Below, in pieces: positions 1 through 8,981 of a stretch of 46,895 nucleotides of DNA. The stretch spans positions 1 through 46,895 of the IMG/VR virus record IMGVR_UViG_3300048599_000916; one strand, given 5' to 3'. Source of the DNA: a virus (Duplodnaviria; Caudoviricetes). The position numbers were made by a program, and so were the translations under genes. Below the pieces are notes generated by a model. The model did no database searches and was not told where the DNA came from. It saw only the letters and a list, made by a program, of their open reading frames with translations. Numbering within the stretch: position 1 is the first letter of the stretch; each line of letters starts with the position of its first letter.

Positions 1-1221
1 ATGTTGAAGAAGTACACTTTTAAAGGCAGTATTTACAAAAAAGATGGCCGGTATTATTGGAAAGTAAAACTTGCCGGGGAACTCAAGCGCAGGACAATAC
101 CGCTTGCTAGAACAAATGAACCAGCAACCAAAAGTGAAGCTCTGGCTTATACCATTGCGCAAAGAATCTGGGACGAAGCAGAGCAAAAATTAAAAGGCAA
201 AAACCCTTCATTAGTCACAATCGGAGAACTCAAAAAATCATTCATAGAAGAAATGCGCGATTATTACCCGCCTAATAGTCCAATGAACAATGAAGTTAAG
301 CTGGCGATGCAATTGCTTGATGAATATGACAAAATGCCCGTGAATGAGTTTGGCCCTAAGTTGTTTAAAGATATTCGCAACAAAATGGTTAATCGTAAAG
401 ACAAAAAATTTCTATCGGTAAAGACAGTTAATGAGCGTGCGGATTTTATTAGGCGATTATTTGAATGGGGCGTAACCGGCGAAATTGTGTTAGAGAATGT
501 TTCGTATTCGCTTACACTTATAAAAAATGTTACAAGCAGAACGCCCGGGGTTGTCCCTTGTAAAACACGAGAAGCGGTTTCCATCGAAATTTTAAAAGAG
601 ACTTTGCCCTATATGAATGAAATAGTTAGAGCAATGGTTCTTGTACAATTCTACACTGGATCAAGACCGACCGAAATTATCATAATGCGTCCCTGCGATA
701 TTGACAGTTCGACAGAATATTGGACATACAAACCAGCTTGGCATAAAACAAAGTGGAGAGGTCATAACAGAAAAATCATAATCAACAAACATGCTCAAAA
801 TATAATTGCTCCGCTTCTTATTGGATGTAGGCAAGACGATTATATATTTAAGCCCATAGATGCTTGCGATAACAAAGAGGCGAAAGTTGGTGAGTTCTAC
901 GCTGAAAGCAGTTATAGAAATTCAATCAAGCGAGCGATTGAAAGAATGAATGAAGCACGCAAAAAAATTCATATCGAAAATGGCGGAGACCTTAAAGATT
1001 TTAAACCTTACGATGAATGGACTCCATATCAAATTAGACATGCAGCAGCTACAAAAATCAGAAAAGAAAAAGGTGATGATGGACTATCCTTGGTGCAATC
1101 TCTACTTGGCCAAAAAAGTATAAAAATGGCCGAAGTATATGCGAAATTAAATGATGCTCTTGCGGTTAAAGCTGCCGAAATATTAGAAGATGTTGTTCTG
1201 TCAGATTCAAATATCCTTTAA
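1..1221 (+). CDS. int: Tyrosine integrase
   Basis: Catalytic motifs GSRPTE, YQIRHAAAT, LLGQ..EVYA; N-terminal arm-binding-like beta segment (GSIYKKDGRYYWKV). Confidence 0.93.
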   Translation: MLKKYTFKGSIYKKDGRYYWKVKLAGELKRRTIPLARTNEPATKSEALAYTIAQRIWDEAEQKLKGKNPSLVTIGELKKSFIEEMRDYYPPNSPMNNEVKLAMQLLDEYDKMPVNEFGPKLFKDIRNKMVNRKDKKFLSVKTVNERADFIRRLFEWGVTGEIVLENVSYSLTLIKNVTSRTPGVVPCKTREAVSIEILKETLPYMNEIVRAMVLVQFYTGSRPTEIIIMRPCDIDSSTEYWTYKPAWHKTKWRGHNRKIIINKHAQNIIAPLLIGCRQDDYIFKPIDACDNKEAKVGEFYAESSYRNSIKRAIERMNEARKKIHIENGGDLKDFKPYDEWTPYQIRHAAATKIRKEKGDDGLSLVQSLLGQKSIKMAEVYAKLNDALAVKAAEILEDVVLSDSNIL

Positions 1222-1230
1222 AAAATAAAA

Positions 1231-1287
1231 AATGCTAAAAAATGCTAAAAGTTACTTGACCTGCAAGCTGCAATGTATTATATAATT
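1231..1287 (+). promoter_or_regulatory. Rightward sigma70-like promoter with two TGCTA boxes
   Basis: AATGCTAAAA x2 (1231-1250), TTGACC 1256-1261, then TATATAAT. Confidence 0.55.
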
Positions 1288-1423
1288 TATAAGTGTGTTC
1301 TATTTTGAATAGAATCGATACATTTTACATTATTATATTGCAACAAGGTGGAAGAAGTGAAGAATCAAAAGCTTTTTGAAACTGTCGTAAGCAATGCAAT
1401 TCATCAACGTTTGGGGAAAAAAT

Positions 1424-1714
1424 TTATTTCCCGCCTCTGCGGCCTTGCTTACCGTTCTTATCGAAATAAATCTCAATCTCTTTCTGGCAAATCTTTTTCA
1501 CTACTTCAGAAAAAGTATCTTTCAACGCATCACCCTTGCCGGTAGATTCCGCAATCACCAATTCAACCCTAATGTTTTCAGGCAGGGAAACCCAAAGCCT
1601 AACCATTGCAGTGGTGACATGCTGACTTGAAACACCTTTTAAAAGTGTCTCCTCGAAACTCTTTTTTAAATCAGGCGGAACTCTAACATTAAATTGCTCT
1701 AAACTGCTGGCCAT
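1424..1714 (-). CDS. Arc/Mnt-like RHH repressor candidate
   Basis: N-terminus EQFNVRVPPDLKKSF resembles the Arc strand-helix; GGAGG RBS; only credible leftward gene in the prophage, in the immunity position. Confidence 0.7.
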   Translation of the reverse strand: MASSLEQFNVRVPPDLKKSFEETLLKGVSSQHVTTAMVRLWVSLPENIRVELVIAESTGKGDALKDTFSEVVKKICQKEIEIYFDKNGKQGRRGGK

Positions 1715-1901
1715 AAAACCTCCATATTAAATTATATTAAAAATATACAAAATACAATCTTTTATATCAATAAATAAAAAGTCCATAAATAACAGTATCA
1801 TAATTATTTCTTTAGCAAATGCAAACAATTTATAAAAAATTATAAAAAAATTTAGCAATCCAACTATTTTTAAAAAAAATAAAAATATTTTAATATTCTT
1901 G

Positions 1902-1940
1902 TTGACAACCTGCTAACAAATGCTAAACTATGCTAAATCA
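1902..1940 (+). promoter_or_regulatory. Early rightward promoter overlapped by three TGCTAA boxes
   Basis: TTGACA 1902-1907; TGCTAA at 1911, 1921, 1931; extended -10 TGcTAAACT. Confidence 0.7.
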
Positions 1941-1967
1941 TTTAAGCTATTTTAAGGAGTAACAGGG

Positions 1968-2138
1968 ATGTACAAGGAACAAAGGACTGTTTTCATCACA
2001 AAAGACCGAGAGCCTAGTTTAATGGCTAGAATCAACCTACTCGGCGAATTAAAGAACTTAAAGCCTTCAGTTGCAATCCGTTTATTGCTTGACGAAAATT
2101 TACCAAAGGTCAAAGACAAAGATGGAAAGATTGATTAA
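1968..2138 (+). CDS. 56-aa RHH-like regulator in the Cro position (absent from the ORF track)
   Basis: AAGGAG RBS at 1954; MYKEQRTVFITKDREPSLMARINLLGELKNLKPSVAIRLLLDENLPKVKDKDGKID, a strand-helix-helix pattern. Confidence 0.65.
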   Translation: MYKEQRTVFITKDREPSLMARINLLGELKNLKPSVAIRLLLDENLPKVKDKDGKID

Positions 2139-2343
2139 TGTCAAAGAGTGCGCTGCTCGCCTTCATATCTGCCGGACAACATTTTTTTCAATTGTCGGAG
2201 AACTTGAATTGCAGGGCTTACGCAGGGTATTTGTTGAAGGTTCTAAAGGGCATTTGTTTTTAGAATCCTCACTTGACAAAGTAATTTTAGATGCAGCGAA
2301 GAATGAAACAGTAATCGGGGCACCAAAGGCCTTAGTAGCATAG
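2122..2343 (+). CDS. Excisionase-like HTH protein
   Basis: MERLINVKECAARLHICRTTF, a typical Xis/HTH_17 start. Confidence 0.7.
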   Translation: MERLINVKECAARLHICRTTFFSIVGELELQGLRRVFVEGSKGHLFLESSLDKVILDAAKNETVIGAPKALVA

Positions 2344-2428
2344 TTATTTTACATCTAATGTACAGCAGGGAATTTGCAAATTCACCTTTTGCAACCTTGA
2401 AAAAATAACATATTTGGAGATTTATTAT

Positions 2429-3331
2429 ATGCCTATTACAAGCGAGCAGCAGAAACTGCGCAAACAATCTCTTGGTTCAAGCGATATGGCCGCAATATTA
2501 GGCCGCGACCCTTTTAAAACCGCTTATGACGTCTGGCTGGATAAAACAAACCGTGTGCCGGATATGGAAGAAAATGAAGCGATGGAAGCAGGCACATTAT
2601 TTGAAAATGGCGTGCTTGATTGGGCCGAAAAACACCTCGGTTTACTCGAAAGAAATGTACATATCAAAATTGCAGGTTTGCCAATAGCATCTAATCTTGA
2701 TGCCCGGGTTAAATCAACAAGTAATCCGGTGGAGGCTAAAACATCCGGCCTAATGTCTGGTATGACTTTAGAACAATGGGGCGAACCTTATACCGATGAT
2801 GTTCCAGAAAGAGTTTTAATACAATCCCATGTTCACATGATGGCAGCCAATGCATACACTTGCCACATACCTGTATTTATTTGCGGGCGTGGCTTCGTGA
2901 TGTTTGAAGTCCATCGTTTTAAAGGCCTCTGCGAAATTATCGCAAACCGAGCTACGCAATTTTGGGAGGAAAATGTCCTTGCTAATGTTGAACCTGAAAA
3001 CTCAATGCCCAGCCCAGAACTTGCAAAGAAAATGAAACGGCAGCCAAGTAGCGTAGCATACCTCAAAGATGACATTATTAGCAAATGGATTGATGCAAAA
3101 GTTGCTGTTGATATGGCAGAGGAAGAACTTGAAAAAGCACAAGTAGAATTGCTTGTAGCTTTGAATAGCTGCGAAGAAGGACGAAGCGGCCTTGGAACAA
3201 TTACTTATTACGAGCAAGGTTCTAAACGTCTGGATTCTGCAAGGCTCAAAGAAGAAGCCCCAGACATTTTTAAAGCCTTCACTAAAGAATCAAGGCACAG
3301 GGTCTTGAGATTCAAACCGGCAAAGAATTGA
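2429..3331 (+). CDS. YqaJ / lambda-exonuclease family nuclease
   Basis: LGSSDMAAILG, SNLDA..VEAKT, QSHVHM motifs; GGAG RBS. Confidence 0.9.
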   Translation: MPITSEQQKLRKQSLGSSDMAAILGRDPFKTAYDVWLDKTNRVPDMEENEAMEAGTLFENGVLDWAEKHLGLLERNVHIKIAGLPIASNLDARVKSTSNPVEAKTSGLMSGMTLEQWGEPYTDDVPERVLIQSHVHMMAANAYTCHIPVFICGRGFVMFEVHRFKGLCEIIANRATQFWEENVLANVEPENSMPSPELAKKMKRQPSSVAYLKDDIISKWIDAKVAVDMAEEELEKAQVELLVALNSCEEGRSGLGTITYYEQGSKRLDSARLKEEAPDIFKAFTKESRHRVLRFKPAKN

Positions 3332-3345
3332 AAGGAATCAAATTT

Positions 3346-4209
3346 ATGTCAGATGAAGAAAACACACAAGAGCAAATACCGCCCGAAAATGTTGAAGTAG
3401 TTTCAGCAGAACGTAGCGCCTTGTCGGTAATGGAACGGGCATCAATCGACATGCAGATTGCAACAGCACATCAATTCCCGCGCTCAATTTCATTATTCAC
3501 AAAACGTGCAAAAGAAATGGTTTCTGTTGACAAAGAAACAGCCGAATCTTGCATTTACAGGCGTCCTGTTGGTAAAGAAGGCGGCAAGGTAGTATATGCC
3601 GAAGGTGAATCAATTCGCTTGGCTGAAATCGTTGCTGCGAGTTATGGCAATTTGAGAGTCGGCGGCATAATCACTGAAACGCATCCAAAGTATGTAAAAG
3701 CTCAAGGTATGGCTTTTGATTTGGAATCAAACTATGCAGCAAAAGCAGACGTAATCGAAAGCACTGTTGACAGAAACGGCAGGCCATACAACGAACGAAT
3801 GCGATTAGTTGTCGCAAAAGCCGCTCAATCAAAAGCACTGCGTGATGCAATTTTCAGAGTAGTACCTAAAAGCCTTTGCAAATCTATTGTCAATCTTGCG
3901 AAAGAAACAGCTTTCGGCAGCAATGAACCGCTGGCGTTAAGGCGAGAACGTGCATTGCAATGGATCAAGAAATTGTGCATTGACGCTAAACGAGTCTGGG
4001 CAGCACTCGCAATCAATGGCGAAGAAGAATTGGGCGAAGAAGAACTGATAACTTTAACCGGCTTGAAAACAGCAATTAAAGACGGTGATATAACAGCGGA
4101 AGAAGCCTTCCCTCCTTTAACAGCACAGAATGAAGAACCTAAGAAAAGCGGCGCAGCAGGCTTGCAGGAATCCTTGAAGAAAGAAGAAGCCGCAAAGGGG
4201 GCGAAGTAA
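3346..4209 (+). CDS. Putative single-strand annealing protein (YqaJ partner)
   Basis: Directly follows the exonuclease; DMQIATAHQFPRS..EGESIRLAE core with a charged tail; function inferred from synteny. Confidence 0.55.
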   Translation: MSDEENTQEQIPPENVEVVSAERSALSVMERASIDMQIATAHQFPRSISLFTKRAKEMVSVDKETAESCIYRRPVGKEGGKVVYAEGESIRLAEIVAASYGNLRVGGIITETHPKYVKAQGMAFDLESNYAAKADVIESTVDRNGRPYNERMRLVVAKAAQSKALRDAIFRVVPKSLCKSIVNLAKETAFGSNEPLALRRERALQWIKKLCIDAKRVWAALAINGEEELGEEELITLTGLKTAIKDGDITAEEAFPPLTAQNEEPKKSGAAGLQESLKKEEAAKGAK

Positions 4210-4216
4210 ATAATCT

Positions 4217-4687
4217 ATGTATGCCGCACAAGCTAAAAATGGAATTTTAGTTTTTATGCAACCTCAACTCATCAGCGATTTGCTTAGAGAAAATGAAGGA
4301 TTGTTTTTGCGGGTCACGATAAATGCAATCAGAAGTCAGCAGCGAAACCCGAAAACATCAAAGCAACTTGGTTACTACCGCGCGTTATTGCTTCCAGAGA
4401 TTCACCAGCAACTTGTCAGGGATGGGCACACTGTTGAGATTGAGGTTGCAGGCATACATAGAGAAATACCAATAACAGAAAAGGCCGTGCATGAATTATT
4501 AATTCAACTCTGCGGGCATGTTGGAAATGATGGCGAAATTCTCCGTACAAGCCAAATGAATAAACCAGAAATGTCAAAGTTTGTTGACAATGTTCTGGAC
4601 TTCGCAGGCGAGTTAAGAATGAACACCGCCGCGCTTAATTCGTGGCGGCCCATAGATGATGAAAGTGTGTCCTGTGATTATTTGTAA
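4217..4687 (+). CDS. NinB/Orf-like recombination mediator
   Basis: KTSKQLGYY, VHELL, RTSQMNKPEMSKFVD pattern. Confidence 0.55.
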   Translation: MYAAQAKNGILVFMQPQLISDLLRENEGLFLRVTINAIRSQQRNPKTSKQLGYYRALLLPEIHQQLVRDGHTVEIEVAGIHREIPITEKAVHELLIQLCGHVGNDGEILRTSQMNKPEMSKFVDNVLDFAGELRMNTAALNSWRPIDDESVSCDYL

Positions 4688-4725
4688 AGCTCCATCTGTC
4701 ACACATCAATTGCAGGACACTTTTT
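4667..4725 (+). terminator. Hairpin with T-tract before the replication genes
   Basis: GTGTCCTGTGATT / AATTGCAGGACAC followed by TTTTT; large loop. Confidence 0.45.
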
Positions 4726-4736
4726 GAGGTAGCATT

Positions 4737-5546
4737 ATGAGAATACGATATTTAAAACCAGATTTTTTCAAGGACGAAGATGTTGCCGCCTTGCCGCTTG
4801 ATGCCAGATTATTTTTTGCTGGACTTTGGTGTATGGCAGATAAAGCAGGCAGGATGGAAGATAGGCCGATGCGATTGAAAGTCGAAATATTCCCTTATGA
4901 TAATGTGAATGTAGATGGCTGCTTATCGCTTTTAGCTAAACCGAAAAACTCCACAGGCAAACCGTTCATTAACCGTTATTCAGTTGGCGGAATTAATTAT
5001 ATACAAATCGTAAATTGGAATAAGCATCAAAAACCACACCACACCGAGAAAGAAAGTTCAATCCCAGCACCGTCCGAAAACTTACCGCCCGTAAAGGAGA
5101 AGGAAAAGGGAATGGAAAAGGGAATGGAAATAATAATGGAAAAGCAGCAGGAAGCAACTGCGAAGTTAAGCACCGGTGATAGCACCGTTATTTCACCGTT
5201 ATTCAACATAGATGAAATTAATGATGATGGTGATGATGTTAAAACAAAACTTTCAATTTCTTTCAACTACGAAACCAGACAATTTGAAAACATTACAATC
5301 GAAGATGAACAGCAATGGTCAGAGGCATACCCAGCAGTTGACATTAAGAAGGCACTTAAGCAAATGGGCGTTTGGCTTATTTCGAATCCAGACAAACGCA
5401 AATCAAAGTGGGGCAGGTTTATTACTAACTGGCTCTGCCGTGAGCAAGAGCGGGGCGGTGGTGCTGCAAAGAAGCTCAATAGCAATCAATCGTCAGCAAA
5501 AACAACTCGCAATGATGTAAATTCTCAAAGATTGGCAGGGCTGTAA
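4737..5546 (+). CDS. Phage replication initiator (O-like / replisome organiser)
   Basis: MRIRYLKPDFF..ARLFFAGLWCMADKAGR N-terminus; repeat-rich linker; RFITNWL C-terminal domain. Confidence 0.85.
   Translation: MRIRYLKPDFFKDEDVAALPLDARLFFAGLWCMADKAGRMEDRPMRLKVEIFPYDNVNVDGCLSLLAKPKNSTGKPFINRYSVGGINYIQIVNWNKHQKPHHTEKESSIPAPSENLPPVKEKEKGMEKGMEIIMEKQQEATAKLSTGDSTVISPLFNIDEINDDGDDVKTKLSISFNYETRQFENITIEDEQQWSEAYPAVDIKKALKQMGVWLISNPDKRKSKWGRFITNWLCREQERGGGAAKKLNSNQSSAKTTRNDVNSQRLAGL
5094..5203 (+). repeat. Candidate replication origin repeats inside the initiator gene
   Basis: GGAAAAGGGAAT tandem repeats, then CACCGGTGAT / CACCGTTATT / CACCGTTATT at 11-12 bp spacing. Confidence 0.55.
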
Positions 5547-5547
5547 G

Positions 5548-6306
5548 ATGTTTAAAGCAGATGCAAAAAATTTCATTGAAAGCGAGATTTTTCCCCGTTG
5601 GACAAAATGGGGTTCATGGGACAAAGAAACTGGTGAGCATACCGTTTCAACGCAAGAACTCGAAAGCTGGATTAGTATTTTAATGGAGTTTGACCCTGAA
5701 ACGGCAAAGCAGGCTGTTGAGCAGCTATACAGAGAAGGTAACAATAGTTCACCTAATCCGAAAAAGTTTATTTCTTTTGCCCGGGATATTCGCACAGCCA
5801 AAAGAACCAAAGTTCCTACTACAAAAAAGACTATCATTGAAACCGGCTATTTTGTTCAATTGGTCAATCATAATGACTGGCGAAAAATAGGACAATACCA
5901 GCCGGTGTATGTAGAGCCTTTGACGGTTCAATTGTCAGATGCGATTTATGAAAAAGCAATGAATCAATTAGCTGCAAGATTGAAAGAATGTTATGGCGGC
6001 GAATGGGTCGGCTTTTCAAAAACTACAAATGGCGAAATGTCAAAAAGAAGATACGAATTACACCTTGCTGCCAAAGAAACGGCAGGGCAAGCAGCTATTG
6101 AAAATCAAAAGCAGACGGAAGAAATAAATACTGTTATTGAGGCAGAGCTTGCAGAGGTTGCTAAAAAATTACAAACAGCACAAAGTCAACAAGTCTCAAA
6201 TGTTTCACATGAAACAGAAAACGAATTAAATAATCTTGATTGGTCAGGGTCAAACGAAGCCGCTGAAGCGATTGTCGGAGACGCTGACGATGACAGACCA
6301 TTTTGA
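5548..6306 (+). CDS. Replication accessory protein (P position) with SSB-like acidic tail
   Basis: Follows the initiator; ends DADDDRPF. Confidence 0.5.
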   Translation: MFKADAKNFIESEIFPRWTKWGSWDKETGEHTVSTQELESWISILMEFDPETAKQAVEQLYREGNNSSPNPKKFISFARDIRTAKRTKVPTTKKTIIETGYFVQLVNHNDWRKIGQYQPVYVEPLTVQLSDAIYEKAMNQLAARLKECYGGEWVGFSKTTNGEMSKRRYELHLAAKETAGQAAIENQKQTEEINTVIEAELAEVAKKLQTAQSQQVSNVSHETENELNNLDWSGSNEAAEAIVGDADDDRPF

Positions 6307-6317
6307 AAGGAATCAAT

Positions 6318-6716
6318 ATGAATAAAAAGACTGCAAAATGTACGTGCGGAAATAATTGCGTCAATCATCCCGCCACAATCTGCATCGAAATTCCAATACC
6401 ATGCAGACCAAAGATGACCCTTACTGAAATGAAAAAGAAAAAACCTTCACTCTATAAAATTTGCATGAAGTGCATTAATTATTATACAAAGAAACTGCAT
6501 GAAAAAATCAACTCCGCGGAAGGTCAAAAAATCATCAATGCAAACAAACAGCATTTGCTGCGAATTGGAGCGAAAAAATTCCAGCCATCTCTGAAAGAAG
6601 TCAAAGAGCAATTTATTAAAGAATATGACCTTGGTTTATTCCGTTTCGGAAAATCAGCAGATGGTAAAGGCGTGAAGCTGATGAGATGGTTTGGCCTTGG
6701 CTATCAGGAGGCATAA
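6318..6716 (+). CDS. Hypothetical Cys-rich early protein
   Basis: GAAAGGA RBS; ORF in a tightly packed operon. Confidence 0.6.
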   Translation: MNKKTAKCTCGNNCVNHPATICIEIPIPCRPKMTLTEMKKKKPSLYKICMKCINYYTKKLHEKINSAEGQKIINANKQHLLRIGAKKFQPSLKEVKEQFIKEYDLGLFRFGKSADGKGVKLMRWFGLGYQEA

Positions 6717-6720
6717 CGTC

Positions 6721-7056
6721 ATGGGAGAAACGATAGATAGTTTTAAAGCATTGCGTCTTGAACGCCAAAAACAAAAATCAATCAATTTGAAAAATGCTGT
6801 TCACGGTATCGACATAACAACTTTTGAAACTGCAAAAAACCTGCGGATTGTTCGACACAGCGAATACCATTACAGGATTGAACACGAAGAACTTGGCTGG
6901 ATGCTCGACATTTGGCCTTCAACACAGCGATTGCGTTCAGTCGGTAAAGTACGCGCCCCGTTCTTGCCAGTAGAAAGGCCGTGGACGCTCAAAGATATTT
7001 TTGAAGCTGCAAACACTTATGAACTACAACGGCAAATACCCGTGCAAAAATCATAA
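6721..7056 (+). CDS. Hypothetical phage protein
   Basis: GGAGG RBS; HYRIE..LDIWPST. Confidence 0.65.
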   Translation: MGETIDSFKALRLERQKQKSINLKNAVHGIDITTFETAKNLRIVRHSEYHYRIEHEELGWMLDIWPSTQRLRSVGKVRAPFLPVERPWTLKDIFEAANTYELQRQIPVQKS

Positions 7057-7177
7057 TAACGTTGTTGCTTTTGTAGTCACGGATGACACCAAAGAATTGC
7101 TCTGCAAGGCGTGTTATCTGAAACGAATCAAAGAACGGGAAGCGGCGGCAAGGAAAGGTTATGGGTTATACAAGTGA
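7019..7177 (+). CDS. 52-aa zinc-finger-like protein (absent from the ORF track)
   Basis: MNYNGKYPCKNH..LLCKACY; fills the gap between neighbouring genes. Confidence 0.45.
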   Translation: MNYNGKYPCKNHNNVVAFVVTDDTKELLCKACYLKRIKEREAAARKGYGLYK

Positions 7178-7364
7178 ACATGATGGATTGTACTACGAAA
7201 CGGTTGAATGCGGATCATGCGGCGCTCAAGTCAGCAATCAGGGCGATGGAACGGTATACGATGAGCATCTTGATATGTATTTCTGCGGCAAGCGTTGCCA
7301 GAAAGCAAAACATCAGGAATTAAATGAAAGTGAGGTCACGGATGACACAACAGCAGCAAATTGA
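7161..7364 (+). CDS. Small zinc-finger protein
   Basis: CGSCG..YFCGKRC; GAAAGG RBS. Confidence 0.6.
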   Translation: MGYTSEHDGLYYETVECGSCGAQVSNQGDGTVYDEHLDMYFCGKRCQKAKHQELNESEVTDDTTAAN

Positions 7365-7788
7365 GTTTGAAGTTCTGGGAGACCCGAAATCTTTGAAGCG
7401 TCCGAAGTTCTTTCGGCGCGGCAAATTTGTCGGAACGTATGACCCGAACAAACAGGAAAAAGAAAATTTTATTTCGCAGGCGTTTGCGAAAAGACCAGAA
7501 AAACCATTTGAGCAAGCGTTATCGCTTCATATCACCTTTTATTTTAAAAGGCCCAAAAGCCACTACAAAAAAAATGGTGAACTTAGGCCCGATGCACCTT
7601 TGCAGCATGTCAGCAGGCCGGACGTTGATAATTTAATCAAGTTTGTTTGTGATTCGCTTAATGGCATTTTCTGGGCAGATGATTCAGTTATTTCAAATGT
7701 AATAGCAGATAAAGTTTACGGTGACGTACCAAAAATGGTGGTAAGTATCAAAACCTTAAACAGTCAGGAGGTGTCAAGTGTTCAGTAA
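7342..7788 (+). CDS. rusA: RusA Holliday junction resolvase
   Basis: RPDVDNLIKFVCDSLNGIFWADDSVI motif. Confidence 0.93.
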   Translation: MTQQQQIEFEVLGDPKSLKRPKFFRRGKFVGTYDPNKQEKENFISQAFAKRPEKPFEQALSLHITFYFKRPKSHYKKNGELRPDAPLQHVSRPDVDNLIKFVCDSLNGIFWADDSVISNVIADKVYGDVPKMVVSIKTLNSQEVSSVQ

Positions 7789-8389
7789 TTACTATGGCTT
7801 TCCACGAATAAATAAGAAATGGGGCAAATTAATCAATCTAGTGCGGGCCGATGACGAAGATTCGCAAATGTTCATTGTCGATGTTAGTGAAGATTTTATC
7901 ACAGCGACAGACGGCAATCAGATTTTGCGAATTGAAAAGCCCAAAGAATTTGAATTAATACCGAGCTACTACATTTTAGCAGACGGGTTATTCGTTCAAA
8001 TACCAGACGAACGAAACGGCGTTGAATGGAAAAAGGTTGATGAAACCTTAAGCCGTGAGCGATTCACAAAAACAGCAACGCTCGATATGAATGAGCATCC
8101 CTTATCAACTATCGCAGTAATGTTCAAAGAGTTTGGCATTTTGCTGGATATTGATTCTATGAAAACCGTTCTTGAAGTTCTTGCGAGTTTCAAACCTGCA
8201 TTTGTCAGGGCGTACGGATTTGATGACCCTGCGAAAGCAGCAGGTGAATTTGTAAAGATTGAAATGCTCGTTGAGCCAAAAGGCCAGCGTCCTCTTGTCG
8301 TAGAGTATGCAGTTAGGCCCATGAAAGCAGAAAAAAAACTGGTAACTATTGATAGTCAACCAATGTTGTTTGACATCAAAAAAGCATAA
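7778..8389 (+). CDS. Possible beta-clamp-fragment-like protein
   Basis: ITATDG motif; C-terminal QPMLF; GGAGG RBS. Confidence 0.45.
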   Translation: MFSNYYGFPRINKKWGKLINLVRADDEDSQMFIVDVSEDFITATDGNQILRIEKPKEFELIPSYYILADGLFVQIPDERNGVEWKKVDETLSRERFTKTATLDMNEHPLSTIAVMFKEFGILLDIDSMKTVLEVLASFKPAFVRAYGFDDPAKAAGEFVKIEMLVEPKGQRPLVVEYAVRPMKAEKKLVTIDSQPMLFDIKKA

Positions 8390-8417
8390 ATATTTATTTT
8401 TTTGAAAGGAGCATCTA

Positions 8418-8948
8418 ATGAATGCAACAGTATTAAGTCAAATCGGAATTGTTATAGCAGCTACGGCTTTCGTATTTGCGGTTATCGCAAACTTAAGGAG
8501 AGGCCCGAAAGTTGGGGATTTAAAATTTCATCAAGGCAACTTATGCCGATGGAATGGATTCGTCTGGGATTCGGTTGATGATGAATACAGAGGAACGGGT
8601 AATGTGAAAGCCAATTTTGACAAAAAAATATATCAGGTAGGAGGTGAGGAATTATTGAATATTCCTTTGCTTTTTACCACTCTCAAAACAATGCAATGTC
8701 AAATTGATAGAAAACACAAGTTCACTGCATTTTTGGGAATTAACAACAACAATTTTCCGATGAAGATTGCAAACTCAAATGTCAGAGCGAAGTTTAACAC
8801 AGCTAATAATAGCAACCTGAAAAATGGTTATGTCTTCGGATGTCCAAACTGCGGAGCTATAGTTTCGCTTTTACCGGGGGAATTGACGGCAGCACAAAAG
8901 AAAACAATCCAAATGCAGTATCCGGATGAATTCGCAAAGAAAGCGTAA
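8418..8948 (+). CDS. Membrane-anchored hypothetical protein
   Basis: N-terminal hydrophobic helix; CPNCG near the C-terminus. Confidence 0.65.
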   Translation: MNATVLSQIGIVIAATAFVFAVIANLRRGPKVGDLKFHQGNLCRWNGFVWDSVDDEYRGTGNVKANFDKKIYQVGGEELLNIPLLFTTLKTMQCQIDRKHKFTAFLGINNNNFPMKIANSNVRAKFNTANNSNLKNGYVFGCPNCGAIVSLLPGELTAAQKKTIQMQYPDEFAKKA

Positions 8949-8981
8949 GCAGTAACATTTTTTCTTAATGAAAGGCAAAAT

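Noticed and set aside
1348-1630. Plus-strand ORFs 1348-1545 and 1394-1630
   Set aside because: They overlap the better-supported minus-strand RHH gene and lack a clear RBS or motifs
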